Shown here piece after piece: positions 36,092-45,157 of a stretch of DNA of 64,000 bases. Where the stretch lies: contig CALAJK010000037.1 in NCBI GenBank assembly GCA_937922795.1, forward strand, positions 683 through 64,682, written 5' to 3'. Below the pieces are notes generated by a model. The model ran no database searches. It had not been told where the DNA came from and worked only from the letters and a program-made list of their open reading frames with translations. Position numbers and translations under genes: made by a program. The number at the start of each line of letters is the position of its first letter. Within the stretch, counting starts at the first letter, position 1. The stretch comes from an uncultured Anaerolineae bacterium (GTDB lineage: Bacteria; Chloroflexota; Anaerolineae; Aggregatilineales; Phototrophicaceae).

Positions 36092-36931
36092 GTGAACCAC
36101 GACCGCGAACGTCAGTCGCTGCCCTCCACGCTGTACACCGAAGAATACTTTCTGACAGCGTGCGAGGGCTATACCGAGTTCACCACCAGCGAAGGCGAAC
36201 ATCTCTCGCGCCGGCTGGCCGCGGCCTTTGCGCTGGCCGAGGTGCGGCCGGGCATGCAAATCCTGGATGTGGGCTGTGGACGCGGCGAAATCCTACGGCA
36301 CTGCGCCCAGCTTGGCGCTGAAGCTTACGGCATTGACTACGCCGCGGTCGCCGTCCGCATGTCCCAAACGGTGGTGCAGGCGGTGGGCGGCGTCGCGCCC
36401 GGACGGACGGCGGTGCTGCAGGCCGATGCCAAACATCTGCCGTTCCCCGCCAACTATTTCGACCGGGTGCTGATGTTCGACGTGGTCGAACACCTCTACC
36501 CGTGGGAGCTGCACCAGGCGATGCTGGAAGTCCACCGGGTGCTCAAACCTGATGGACGCTTCATCGTGCACACCGCGCCCAACGTCTGGTATGACCGGTA
36601 TGCTTACCCGGTGGTGCGGCTGGTGCGCCGCCTGATGGGCCAGGGCGACCAGTATCCTAAAGACCCGCGCCAATTCGGCGTGGCCGTCAACCAGCACGTT
36701 CACGTCAATGAACAGTCGCTGTGGAGCCTGAGACGCGCCCTGCGCCGGGCTGGCTTCAAGCCGCAGGTGTGGTTGGACAGCCCGCCGCAAAATCGGGATG
36801 AGGGCGTAGTGCTGGCGGCGCTGCGGCTGCTGGCGTTCGGCGCGCCGCCTTTCCGCTGGTTTTTCGAGCGCGAGGTGTTCGCCGTCGCCGCCAAACAGCC
36901 TGCTAGCAACATCCAGCCGGCACGTCCCTGA
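36092..36931 (+). CDS. Class I SAM-dependent methyltransferase
   Basis: ILDVGCGRGE, LPFPANYFD, DVVEHL, RVLKPDG. Confidence 0.9.
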   Translation: MNHDRERQSLPSTLYTEEYFLTACEGYTEFTTSEGEHLSRRLAAAFALAEVRPGMQILDVGCGRGEILRHCAQLGAEAYGIDYAAVAVRMSQTVVQAVGGVAPGRTAVLQADAKHLPFPANYFDRVLMFDVVEHLYPWELHQAMLEVHRVLKPDGRFIVHTAPNVWYDRYAYPVVRLVRRLMGQGDQYPKDPRQFGVAVNQHVHVNEQSLWSLRRALRRAGFKPQVWLDSPPQNRDEGVVLAALRLLAFGAPPFRWFFEREVFAVAAKQPASNIQPARP

Positions 36932-36950
36932 ACGGGCCCTACAGAAAGCC

Positions 36951-37976
36951 ATGCGCGACAAACGACCTGTAGACGAACTTTCGATCGAAGAGTTGGAGCG
37001 TATCCTGGCCATTCGCAAACGCGAAGAACGCCAGAACCGGCTCAAACGCATGCGACAAAATGGCCGGCTGCTGGAGCCGCAGGCCGTCGAAGCGCCGCCC
37101 GCCGCGTCCTTCGACCGACCAGCGACGGTTCCGCCCGCCCCAGCATCCTCACCAGCGCGAACCAGCGATGCGCTGCCGCGCTTTGAGGATGACCCGGCCG
37201 ATCTGGGCTTCGCCCGTTCGCGCCCTGACCGGCGCTTCTGGCGCAGCTTTGCCGACCAGGTACTGCTGCTGGTGGAAATTGCGGCCGTGCTGGGCTTGAT
37301 CTATCTGGGCTATTTGATGCTCACCAGTATCAGCCGGCTGGAGCGCGAGACGGCCTCAGCAGCCGAGCTGGCGAACCAGCAGCGGCTGGCCTCTATGCCC
37401 ACGCTGGCGCCCACGCCGCAGCTCCAGTTGTACCAGGTGGTGCTGCCCGGCGGCCATACGCCGCCGACCGCGCCGGGTGGCGCGCGCTTCAACTACGAAG
37501 AGATCCCGGCTAACCTGCTGCCGCTGGTACAGAACCAGATCAACCAGCCGATCATCAACCGGCCGCCCCCAACCGTGGAGACCGCCTTGCAGTTGAGCAT
37601 CCCCCGGCTGAACATCGACCAGACCATCGTCCAGGGCACGGACTGGGAGGCGCTCAAGCTGGGCATCGGCCAGCTCATCAACGGTGTCAACCCCGGCGAC
37701 GACTCCGGCAACCTGGTGCTGGCCGCCCACAACGACATCTACGGCGAGTACTTCCGCCACCTCGACCAGCTTGAGCCGGGTGATGAATTCTACATCCGCA
37801 CACAGACGCGCATCTTTACTTATCGCGTCACCGGCTGGGAGCTGGTCAAGCCGACCGATGTTCACGTGATGGACAACCGCGGCGGCGCGACGGCCACGCT
37901 CATCTCGTGCTATCCGTATCAGGTGAACACGCAGCGGATCGTGGTCTACGCTGAGCGTGTGGACGACCGCGCCTAG
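36951..37976 (+). CDS. Sortase (class D-like) with long cytoplasmic N-terminus
   Basis: TM near aa 105-125; NLVLAAHND, TLISCYPY, QRIVV catalytic His/Cys/Arg. Confidence 0.9.
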   Translation: MRDKRPVDELSIEELERILAIRKREERQNRLKRMRQNGRLLEPQAVEAPPAASFDRPATVPPAPASSPARTSDALPRFEDDPADLGFARSRPDRRFWRSFADQVLLLVEIAAVLGLIYLGYLMLTSISRLERETASAAELANQQRLASMPTLAPTPQLQLYQVVLPGGHTPPTAPGGARFNYEEIPANLLPLVQNQINQPIINRPPPTVETALQLSIPRLNIDQTIVQGTDWEALKLGIGQLINGVNPGDDSGNLVLAAHNDIYGEYFRHLDQLEPGDEFYIRTQTRIFTYRVTGWELVKPTDVHVMDNRGGATATLISCYPYQVNTQRIVVYAERVDDRA

Positions 37977-39133
37977 CAGTATTCGATTCGTACCTCTTTT
38001 TGGTGCTGCCGCAGAAAGGCGGCGATCTCCTCAACCAGGTTCTTGCGAATCGAGAGATTGCGGGGCAGCAGCGGGTTCTGGTAGAACTCATTGATCTTCT
38101 GGCCGACCAGGAAGAAAATCGAGTCGGCGCTCAGCAGTTCCCGCGCCAGCAGCACCGCGCCGTTGCGGTCGCGCGGCAGCCAGTGGGGGTCAGCCTGGCT
38201 GTCGCGCATATACTCCATCGCCCGCGCCATGGTGATGATCCCCTCTGTCAGCAAATCAATCGGGGGCAGCACGCCGATCGGGGGCACATCCTCGCGCAGC
38301 GTAGCCAGGTCGGTACGGATCGGCTCGCCCAGGTAGGCCGCCACCAGATTGCCGGTAGTCCCGCCGCACACCACCTTGCGCCCATCAAAATTCAGCACCC
38401 TTTCGATGTAGTGGTCGTCCGCGCTCTCGTTCAGCGGTGGGCCGGTGAATACGATCAGGCTGTGACGGTCTCTGACCAGGATACCCACACAGGTGGCATC
38501 ATCCCCTACCCGGCTGCCGTACAGCGTGCGCGTCTCGCGGATGATGTCTTCCACCACCAAACGCGCTGCCGGGGCGGCATACAGGAACTGCTGTTCGATG
38601 TGGCGAGCCAGGTTATCCCACCCCCAACCGAAGTTCAGCGTCGTCCCCAGGCCGGCGTGCAGGACGCCATCGCTGACGACGGCCAGGAAGTCTCCCCGTT
38701 CCAGGCAGCCCTCGGCCACGTGGATGCTGCGGTTCAGGATCTGTTCGGTGACGCCGGCGAGCGCCTGGCTCCGGCCGCCGCGCACGTACACAACTGGCGG
38801 ATTATCAAAGTTGGTGACTTTGAAGCAGTTCGTGGCGTGATCAATCTCCACGATCGTGAAGGTCGCGTAGGCCACTTTACGCACCCGGCAGATGGGCAGC
38901 GTGCCGATGACGGTGGCGATGACCTCTTTAAGCGGCACATCCGCCCGCAGCATGGTGATGATGATCTCGGCGGTGAGCGTAGCCAGGATGTTGGCTTTGA
39001 CGCCGCTGCCCAGCCCGTCCGACATCACCACTAGCGTCTTGGACTCCGTTTTGAGGGTTTTGACTTTGTCGCCGCACAGCTCTTCGCCCGTCTTGTTCAA
39101 GCTGGCGCTGTACACGTCGAGGAACCAACCCAT
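37973..39133 (-). CDS. SpoIIE/PP2C family Ser/Thr phosphatase, HfsC-like
   Basis: KTGEELCGD, SDGLGSGVKANILATLT, TLPICRVRKVAYATF, SDGV, GDDAT, VCGGTT, TEGIIT. Confidence 0.9.
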   Translation of the reverse strand: MGWFLDVYSASLNKTGEELCGDKVKTLKTESKTLVVMSDGLGSGVKANILATLTAEIIITMLRADVPLKEVIATVIGTLPICRVRKVAYATFTIVEIDHATNCFKVTNFDNPPVVYVRGGRSQALAGVTEQILNRSIHVAEGCLERGDFLAVVSDGVLHAGLGTTLNFGWGWDNLARHIEQQFLYAAPAARLVVEDIIRETRTLYGSRVGDDATCVGILVRDRHSLIVFTGPPLNESADDHYIERVLNFDGRKVVCGGTTGNLVAAYLGEPIRTDLATLREDVPPIGVLPPIDLLTEGIITMARAMEYMRDSQADPHWLPRDRNGAVLLARELLSADSIFFLVGQKINEFYQNPLLPRNLSIRKNLVEEIAAFLRQHQKEVRIEYC

Positions 39134-39134
39134 C

Positions 39135-39641
39135 TCACGCCGGCCCCTGCTCGATGATCTCGATCAACCGCAGCAGGCTCACTTTGGTCTCGGCGGTCGC
39201 CTCCCCCAGCAGGCTGGCGATTTCCTGCGCCACTTTCATCTGATTGTCGACCACCTCATTCACTTTCTCGATCGTCTCGCGCCGGAGCTGCCGCATTTCC
39301 TGCTGCTGCTTCCACTCGTGCGTCAGGTTGACCATGATGCCCGCGATGATACCTTCATCCCGAATCGGGAAGATCACCTCGCGCAGATGCAGATCGTGGG
39401 CGGCGTAGTGGTGTTCTCTAGCCCAGATGACGGTATTGCGTTCCCAGGCATCCAGGAAATCAGCCATGTTATCCAGCAGCGCCGTCGCATCTGTGCCGAT
39501 GATCTCCTCGGCGTTCACTTTGAACATGGCGCAAAAGGCTGGGTTCACCAATCGAATCACCAGGTTCGTATCCACAACGATCAGACCGTTCGGGTCATAG
39601 TCCCACAGCAGTTCCCAAAGACTCTTCTTCGGCAATTCCAT
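39135..39641 (-). CDS. Stand-alone PAS protein matching the C-terminus of HfsB/HydS sensory hydrogenases
   Basis: PNGLIVVD...VNPAFCAMF; tail QMKVAQEIASLLGEATAETKVSL. Confidence 0.85.
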   Translation of the reverse strand: MELPKKSLWELLWDYDPNGLIVVDTNLVIRLVNPAFCAMFKVNAEEIIGTDATALLDNMADFLDAWERNTVIWAREHHYAAHDLHLREVIFPIRDEGIIAGIMVNLTHEWKQQQEMRQLRRETIEKVNEVVDNQMKVAQEIASLLGEATAETKVSLLRLIEIIEQGPA

Positions 39642-39653
39642 CAGCGTGACCCT

Positions 39654-39917
39654 TCAGGCTCGCAAAGCGGGCAAGATTTCTTCTTTGAACTTCTGCTCGA
39701 CATTGTGCAGGTTGATGTTCAGGAACTGGCGATCTTTGAACTGCAGCACGATCCCATCCATACACGACCCTAAACAGAATGCGCCCTTCAACTCGACGCG
39801 TTGGTCAAGCCCTTCTTCGGCCAAAAGACGCTGGAGCACAGGCAGCACAGCGTACACGCCGGCCTGATGACAAGCGGATCCCATACATAAATGCAAGGCA
39901 GGCGGCGTATCAGCCAT
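39654..39917 (-). CDS. Thioredoxin-like [2Fe-2S] ferredoxin, HfsA-like
   Basis: CMGSAC...ELKGAFCLGSC (Cx4C, Cx3C). Confidence 0.85.
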   Translation of the reverse strand: MADTPPALHLCMGSACHQAGVYAVLPVLQRLLAEEGLDQRVELKGAFCLGSCMDGIVLQFKDRQFLNINLHNVEQKFKEEILPALRA

Positions 39918-40145
39918 AAACTCTACACCTTGATCTCCGACGGCAGATGGGCGGCGCGATCAACCGAACAACGACCAGGTCGGTGCAGCCCAGCGGCGTA
40001 TTGTACCGGAAAATGCGCTGCGTCTACCTAACTGCCCGGATGCTAAGATTTTGCTTCTGCCACAGTTTGCGCTATCTTCTGAAGCTCTCATCAAAATGGC
40101 GCCCCAATTTGGGCTTTGGCTGTCGATCGATAAGGAGCTGGTAAA

Positions 40146-41150
40146 ATGGAGTTCGCCATCACATTTAAAGGAGATATTGACCCAAAACGCACGGTAGCCC
40201 TGTGTAAAATGGCTGAACAGGCCGGCTTCAAATATGCCTGGTTCTTCGACTCGCACGTGTTGTGGCGCGAATGCTATGTGACCATGGCCATGTGCATGGA
40301 ACATACCGATCATCTGCGCTTCGGCCCGTGCGTCACCAACCCTGGCGTGCGCGAGTGGTCGGTGGCCGCCAGCTTATTCGCCACACTGGCGCTGCAGAGC
40401 GGCGGGCGTTTCGATATGGGACTGGGGCGCGGCGACAGCTCGCGGCGGGTGCTGGGCAAGAAGCCGCTCAACGTCGAGACGATGGTCGAGTTCGCCGACA
40501 CTGTCAAACGCCTGGTGCGCGGCGAATCCGTCCACTACGACGAGGATGCCGCCCCGGTCCAACTGCCCTGGGCGAACGGTTATGAAATGCCCGTGTGGAT
40601 CGCCGCTTATGGACCGAAGGCGCTCAAAGCTGCCGGCGAGGCGGGCGACGGCCTGATCATCCAACTGGCCGACCCCTGGCTGGTCAAATGGTTCACCGAT
40701 CAAGCTGTGTCCGCCGGGCGCGCCGCCGGGCGCGACATGTCCAGCTACCGGGTGATGTCCGCCGCGCCGGTATGGGTGGGCGACATGCAGAAAGCTCGCG
40801 AGCAGACCCGCTGGTTCCCAGCCATGGTCGGCAACCATGTGGCCGATATTGTCGAGCGCTACGGCAAGGGCGGCGCCAGCGACATCCCCCAGCGGCTGAC
40901 CGATTACATCGAGGGCCGCAAGGGCTACGACTACCGCCATCACGCCGATAAAGACGCCGATCATCTGGATTTCATCACCGAAGACATCATCGACTCGTTC
41001 GGGGTGCTGGGCCCGGTCGAGGAACATGTGCGCAAACTGAAAGAGATCGAGGCAGCCGGCGCGACTCAGTTCAACATCTACCTGATGTGCGGCGAGGAAG
41101 AGCGCATGGTCGAAGAGTACGGGACGCACGTCCTGCCAGCGTTCCAGTAA
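40146..41150 (+). CDS. LLM-class probable F420-dependent oxidoreductase (TIGR03842-like)
   Basis: WFFDSHVLW, GPCVTNP, GRGDSS, AAYGPKAL, WFPAMVGNHVAD, YDYRHH. Confidence 0.88.
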   Translation: MEFAITFKGDIDPKRTVALCKMAEQAGFKYAWFFDSHVLWRECYVTMAMCMEHTDHLRFGPCVTNPGVREWSVAASLFATLALQSGGRFDMGLGRGDSSRRVLGKKPLNVETMVEFADTVKRLVRGESVHYDEDAAPVQLPWANGYEMPVWIAAYGPKALKAAGEAGDGLIIQLADPWLVKWFTDQAVSAGRAAGRDMSSYRVMSAAPVWVGDMQKAREQTRWFPAMVGNHVADIVERYGKGGASDIPQRLTDYIEGRKGYDYRHHADKDADHLDFITEDIIDSFGVLGPVEEHVRKLKEIEAAGATQFNIYLMCGEEERMVEEYGTHVLPAFQ

Positions 41151-41223
41151 ATGCGCTGGTGAGCCGCGTGGTACTGCTGCTCTGCGCTGTATTTGAGAAT
41201 AGTCCCGGAAGGAGGATTTTCAG

Positions 41224-42699
41224 ATGGGCATTTTATTCCGAAACGGCACGATCATCACCGCCAGCGAGATGGTCGAGGCCGATGTATTAGTCGAAGACGA
41301 GACGATCAAGCTCATCGGGCGCGGCATCAGCGCGCGCGGGCACGAAGTTGTTAACTGCAAAGGCAAGTACCTGCTCCCCGGCGGCATCGACGTCCACACG
41401 CATCTCGACCTGCCGTTCGGCGGCACGTACAGCAACGATGATTTCGACGTCGGCCATAAGGCGGCGGCCTTCGGCGGCACCACCAGCCACATCGACTTCG
41501 TCATTCAGCCCAAAGGCGGCAGCCTGCACGACGGCCTGAAAACCTGGCGCGAGAAGGCCAAGCCGGCGCAGATTGACTACGGCTTCCACATGGCCATCAC
41601 TGACCTGCGCGACGACGTGATGGATGAGATCCCGTCGCTGGTGGACGAAGGCATCACCAGCTTGAAGCTGTTCATGGCCTACAAGAACGTGTTTCAGGTG
41701 GACGACCGGACGCTGTTCCGCGCCATGCAGGTGGCGGCCAAGCACGGCATGATCGTGATGGTGCACGCTGAAAACGGCGACGTCGAGGAGCAGCTTCGCC
41801 TGCGGCTGCTGGCCGAAGGCAAAACTGACCCGCACTGGCACTACTGGTCGCGCCCGCCGGAGATCGAGGGCGAGGCGACGAACCGCGCTGTGGTGATGGC
41901 CGGCCTGGCCAACTGCCCGCTGTACGTGGTGCACATGACCTGCGAGCCGGCCGTCGAGGCGCTGCGACGTGGGCGGGCGCTGGGCTACCCGGTCATGGGC
42001 GAAACCTGCGTCCAGTACTTCTACGTGACCTACGACAAGCATCTGAAAGCGCCCGGCTTTGAGGGCGCTAAGTTCGTGTGCTCGCCGCCGATCCGCCATC
42101 CGCACGATCACGACGTGCTGTGGCAGGCCGTCCGCGAAGGCACGCTCCAGGCCGTCAGCACCGACCACTGCGACTTCTGGTACGAGGGCGGCGTTGGGCC
42201 GTGGGAAGAATGGGCCAAACAGCATAACGGCGGCGATTGGGTGGAGTACGAAAAGCAGGATCCTTCCTACCGCCGCCCCGGTAAAGAGCTGGGCAAGGGC
42301 AACTTCGCCAAGATCCCGAACGGCCTGCCGGGCATCGAAGATCGTATGATCGTCATGTGGCATTTGGGCGTCAACGGCGGCAAGATTTCGCCGCAGCGGT
42401 TCGTCGAGCTCAACTGCACCAACCCGGCCAAGATCTTCGGCATGTACCCCAAGAAGGGGACGATCGCCGTGGGCGCGGACGCCGACATCGTCATCTGGGA
42501 CCCGAACAAGCGCCACACCATCAGCGCCCGCACGCATCATATGCGCTGCGACTACAATCTGTACGAAGGGCTGAAGGTGCGCGGGATGCCGGTGAGGGTC
42601 TATCAACGCGGCAAACTGCTGGTGGACGGCGACCAGTGGCACGGCGTCAACGGCGGCGGACAGTACATCGCCCGCAAACCGCACGCGCCGGTGCTGTAG
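41224..42699 (+). CDS. hydA: Dihydropyrimidinase / D-hydantoinase
   Basis: PGGIDVHTH, KLFMAYK, VHAENG, CSPPIR, TDHC, IPNGLPGIEDR. Confidence 0.92.
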   Translation: MGILFRNGTIITASEMVEADVLVEDETIKLIGRGISARGHEVVNCKGKYLLPGGIDVHTHLDLPFGGTYSNDDFDVGHKAAAFGGTTSHIDFVIQPKGGSLHDGLKTWREKAKPAQIDYGFHMAITDLRDDVMDEIPSLVDEGITSLKLFMAYKNVFQVDDRTLFRAMQVAAKHGMIVMVHAENGDVEEQLRLRLLAEGKTDPHWHYWSRPPEIEGEATNRAVVMAGLANCPLYVVHMTCEPAVEALRRGRALGYPVMGETCVQYFYVTYDKHLKAPGFEGAKFVCSPPIRHPHDHDVLWQAVREGTLQAVSTDHCDFWYEGGVGPWEEWAKQHNGGDWVEYEKQDPSYRRPGKELGKGNFAKIPNGLPGIEDRMIVMWHLGVNGGKISPQRFVELNCTNPAKIFGMYPKKGTIAVGADADIVIWDPNKRHTISARTHHMRCDYNLYEGLKVRGMPVRVYQRGKLLVDGDQWHGVNGGGQYIARKPHAPVL

Positions 42700-42713
42700 C
42701 CAACAGCCCCCAA

Positions 42714-42822
42714 CTGTGGAGGAGCGGCAGACGATGCCGCTCCTGCATTCAATATCCCCGCTGCAGGGCAGACACATTCAGCAGGGGCAGGTCTGTCGGG
42801 CGCGCATCGACGCAGCCCTACA
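42714..42822. repeat. Cluster of degenerate REP-like palindromes between convergent genes
   Basis: AGGAGCGGCA-N5-TGCCGCTCCT (42720-42744); TGTCGGGCGCG...CGCAGCCCTACA (42794-42822). Confidence 0.5.
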
Positions 42823-42870
42823 ACATTTCTGCCCTTTGCGCTTCGCTCATTGATGTTGATGCGCCCCCCG

Positions 42871-43716
42871 CTACCGCCCCGTCCAGTCGCGCAGGTACAA
42901 GAAATCGTGACCGATGGTGCGGCGGCTGAGCTTGGCGATGTTGGGCATGGTGCGCTTGTAGTGGTTGGCCTTCACCCGCCGCCACACATGCTCGACGAAC
43001 GCGCGGTCGAAGCCTTCGTCCACCACCTCATCCACCGTGTAGCGCTCATCCACCAGCAGGAACAGCACCTGGTCAACCGCGTCGTAAGTGAAGCCGAGTT
43101 CGCCTTCATCCGTCTGTCCCTCCCACAGATCGGCAGACGGCGCTTTCTCCAGAATGGACTGCGGCACCTCCAGCGCCGCCGCCAACTGCCGCACCTGCGC
43201 TTTGTACAAGTCGGCGATCGGCTGCACCGCCACGCCGCTGTCGCCGTAAATGGTCGAATAGCCGAGCAGGAACTCGGTCTTATTGCTGGTTCCCATGACC
43301 AGCCCGCCCCAGGCCGCCGACTGGTCATACAGCACCGTCATCCGCAGCCGCGCCAGGATGTTGCCCTTGCGAATGTCGCCCATGTCCGGGAACTGAGCGA
43401 TCAACGGATCGGCCATGGCGGTGATCGGCACGTCCAGATATGGCAACCCCAGCGTCTCGATCACCAACATGGCGTCTGACAGGCTGGACGGCGATGAGGT
43501 GCGGTACGGCATGCGCACCGCCAGCACGTTGGCCGGACCCAGCGCCTCCGCCGAAAGATAGGCCGACAGCGCCGAGTCGATCCCGCCGGACAGGCCGATG
43601 ACGGCGCGCTTCATCCCCGCCTTGTGGATCTGGTCGTAGATGAAACCGGTGAGCATGCGGCGGGCGATGTCGGTATTGATGGTCAGTCGGTGAAGGATGT
43701 TGGGGGCGAGCGGCAT
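42871..43716 (-). CDS. nadE: NAD+ synthetase, synthetase domain only
   Basis: GLSGGIDS, GNILARLRM, GTSNKTE, GYSTIYGD, KAPSADLWEGQTDE; ATG 43716 or GTG 43758. Confidence 0.93.
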   Translation of the reverse strand: MPLAPNILHRLTINTDIARRMLTGFIYDQIHKAGMKRAVIGLSGGIDSALSAYLSAEALGPANVLAVRMPYRTSSPSSLSDAMLVIETLGLPYLDVPITAMADPLIAQFPDMGDIRKGNILARLRMTVLYDQSAAWGGLVMGTSNKTEFLLGYSTIYGDSGVAVQPIADLYKAQVRQLAAALEVPQSILEKAPSADLWEGQTDEGELGFTYDAVDQVLFLLVDERYTVDEVVDEGFDRAFVEHVWRRVKANHYKRTMPNIAKLSRRTIGHDFLYLRDWTGR

Positions 43717-43754
43717 CGGCGTCTTCCTCAGGTGAACACGATCTCGGATTTCAA

Positions 43755-44141
43755 TCACTCCTCAGCCTCGAGGTCCATCGGCTGATGAGCGTAAAATGTG
43801 ACACGGTGCGGATAGTCCGCCGAGACGATCATCTGGAACGCGCACCACGCCCCATGCTCGCCCTCGGCCATCACCACCGCCTGGTGCTCGCCCACGCCCA
43901 GCACCTGGGCGATGCGGACGCGCCCCACCTGCTCGCGCAGCGCCAGCATATCGGCCAGCAGGTCGTTGGCGAGCTGGTTCTCCAAAGCCTCCGGCGCGTA
44001 GTTTTCGGCGATGTACTGGCGCAAGCGCGCGCTGTCGCCCTGATTGTACAGCGTGAGCAGGGCGATCAAGCGCATCCCGGCGCGGCTGCGCGAAAGATTA
44101 GCCTGTGAGGTCATCGTTCTGTCCAGGATCATACATTGCAA
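43755..44141 (-). CDS. Small hypothetical protein
   Basis: RBS GAGGAGG; lies co-oriented between the nitrilase gene and nadE. Confidence 0.7.
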   Translation of the reverse strand: MQCMILDRTMTSQANLSRSRAGMRLIALLTLYNQGDSARLRQYIAENYAPEALENQLANDLLADMLALREQVGRVRIAQVLGVGEHQAVVMAEGEHGAWCAFQMIVSADYPHRVTFYAHQPMDLEAEE

Positions 44142-44168
44142 CCCGCCTCCTCGCGGCCAGCGGTCACC

Positions 44169-45026
44169 TCAGGCCTCATCCCGACGGAGAATGCGCGCCA
44201 GCTCGCGCTGCACCAGGTCGGGGCGCTCATCGCGCAGCAGCGGCAGCCGGCTGCGTGTGCGGTGAAGCTGGTTCAGGTCAATCGTCTGGACGATCAGCCG
44301 CTCCTCAAAGTACAGCCCCCGCGTCAAGAATTCCCCGTCTGGATCCACAATCGAGGACCCGCCCCAGAAGTTCTTGCCATCCTCGTAGCCCACGCGGTTG
44401 CAGTGAATGACATAGCTGGTGAACAGGCTGGCGTAGGCCTGGTTGACCAGCTCCACCCAGCGCGAGCCGGACAGCCGGTCGCCCGCGTCCAGGCCGCGGC
44501 TGGGGCTGGCGCTGTGCAGCAGCAGAATGTCGGCTCCGTCAAGCCATAATAGATAGGGCGGCGATAGATGCCAGAAGTCTTCGCAGATGAGCATTCCTAC
44601 CCGCCCGTAACGGGTGTCGAAAGCGCGCACGCGCTCGCCCTGGTCAAAGTAGCGCCCCTCATCGAACATGGCATAGGTGGGCAGATAGATCTTCTGGTGG
44701 ATGTGGAGACACGCGCCGGCGGATAGATAGGCGGCGCTGGTGTAGAAACGCTGGCGGCGGTCTTCCTGCACGAAGCCGAACAGGATATCCATCCGGCGGC
44801 TGGCCTCCAGCAGTTGATAAAACACCGGGTCATCGGGCACAGCGCGGATAGCCACTTCCGGCACCAGGTCTTGCACCTGGTAACCGGTGAGCGAGAGTTC
44901 TGGGAACACCAGCAATTCCACACCCTCGGCGGCAGCCTGATCTACCAGGGCAAGATGCTGGTCGAGATTGGCCTGCACATCGCCCAACTTCGGATACATC
45001 TGGGCCAGGCCGACGGTGAGGCGCAT
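44169..45026 (-). CDS. Carbon-nitrogen hydrolase, likely the glutaminase subunit for NadE
   Basis: FPELSLTGY, KIYLPTYAMFDEGRYF, LICEDFWH, SASP (E-K-C triad). Confidence 0.88.
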   Translation of the reverse strand: MRLTVGLAQMYPKLGDVQANLDQHLALVDQAAAEGVELLVFPELSLTGYQVQDLVPEVAIRAVPDDPVFYQLLEASRRMDILFGFVQEDRRQRFYTSAAYLSAGACLHIHQKIYLPTYAMFDEGRYFDQGERVRAFDTRYGRVGMLICEDFWHLSPPYLLWLDGADILLLHSASPSRGLDAGDRLSGSRWVELVNQAYASLFTSYVIHCNRVGYEDGKNFWGGSSIVDPDGEFLTRGLYFEERLIVQTIDLNQLHRTRSRLPLLRDERPDLVQRELARILRRDEA

Positions 45027-45157
45027 GAAGCAGCAGCCTTTCTAGAGTGTATGGCATCCAATCCGCGCGCCGCTGAGCCTCCGGCGCACTGGCCAGGGCG
45101 CGGCGAACGCGCGCTCATTGTACCGCGAATGGCTGCTGAACGGGATAGCCCTGTACC

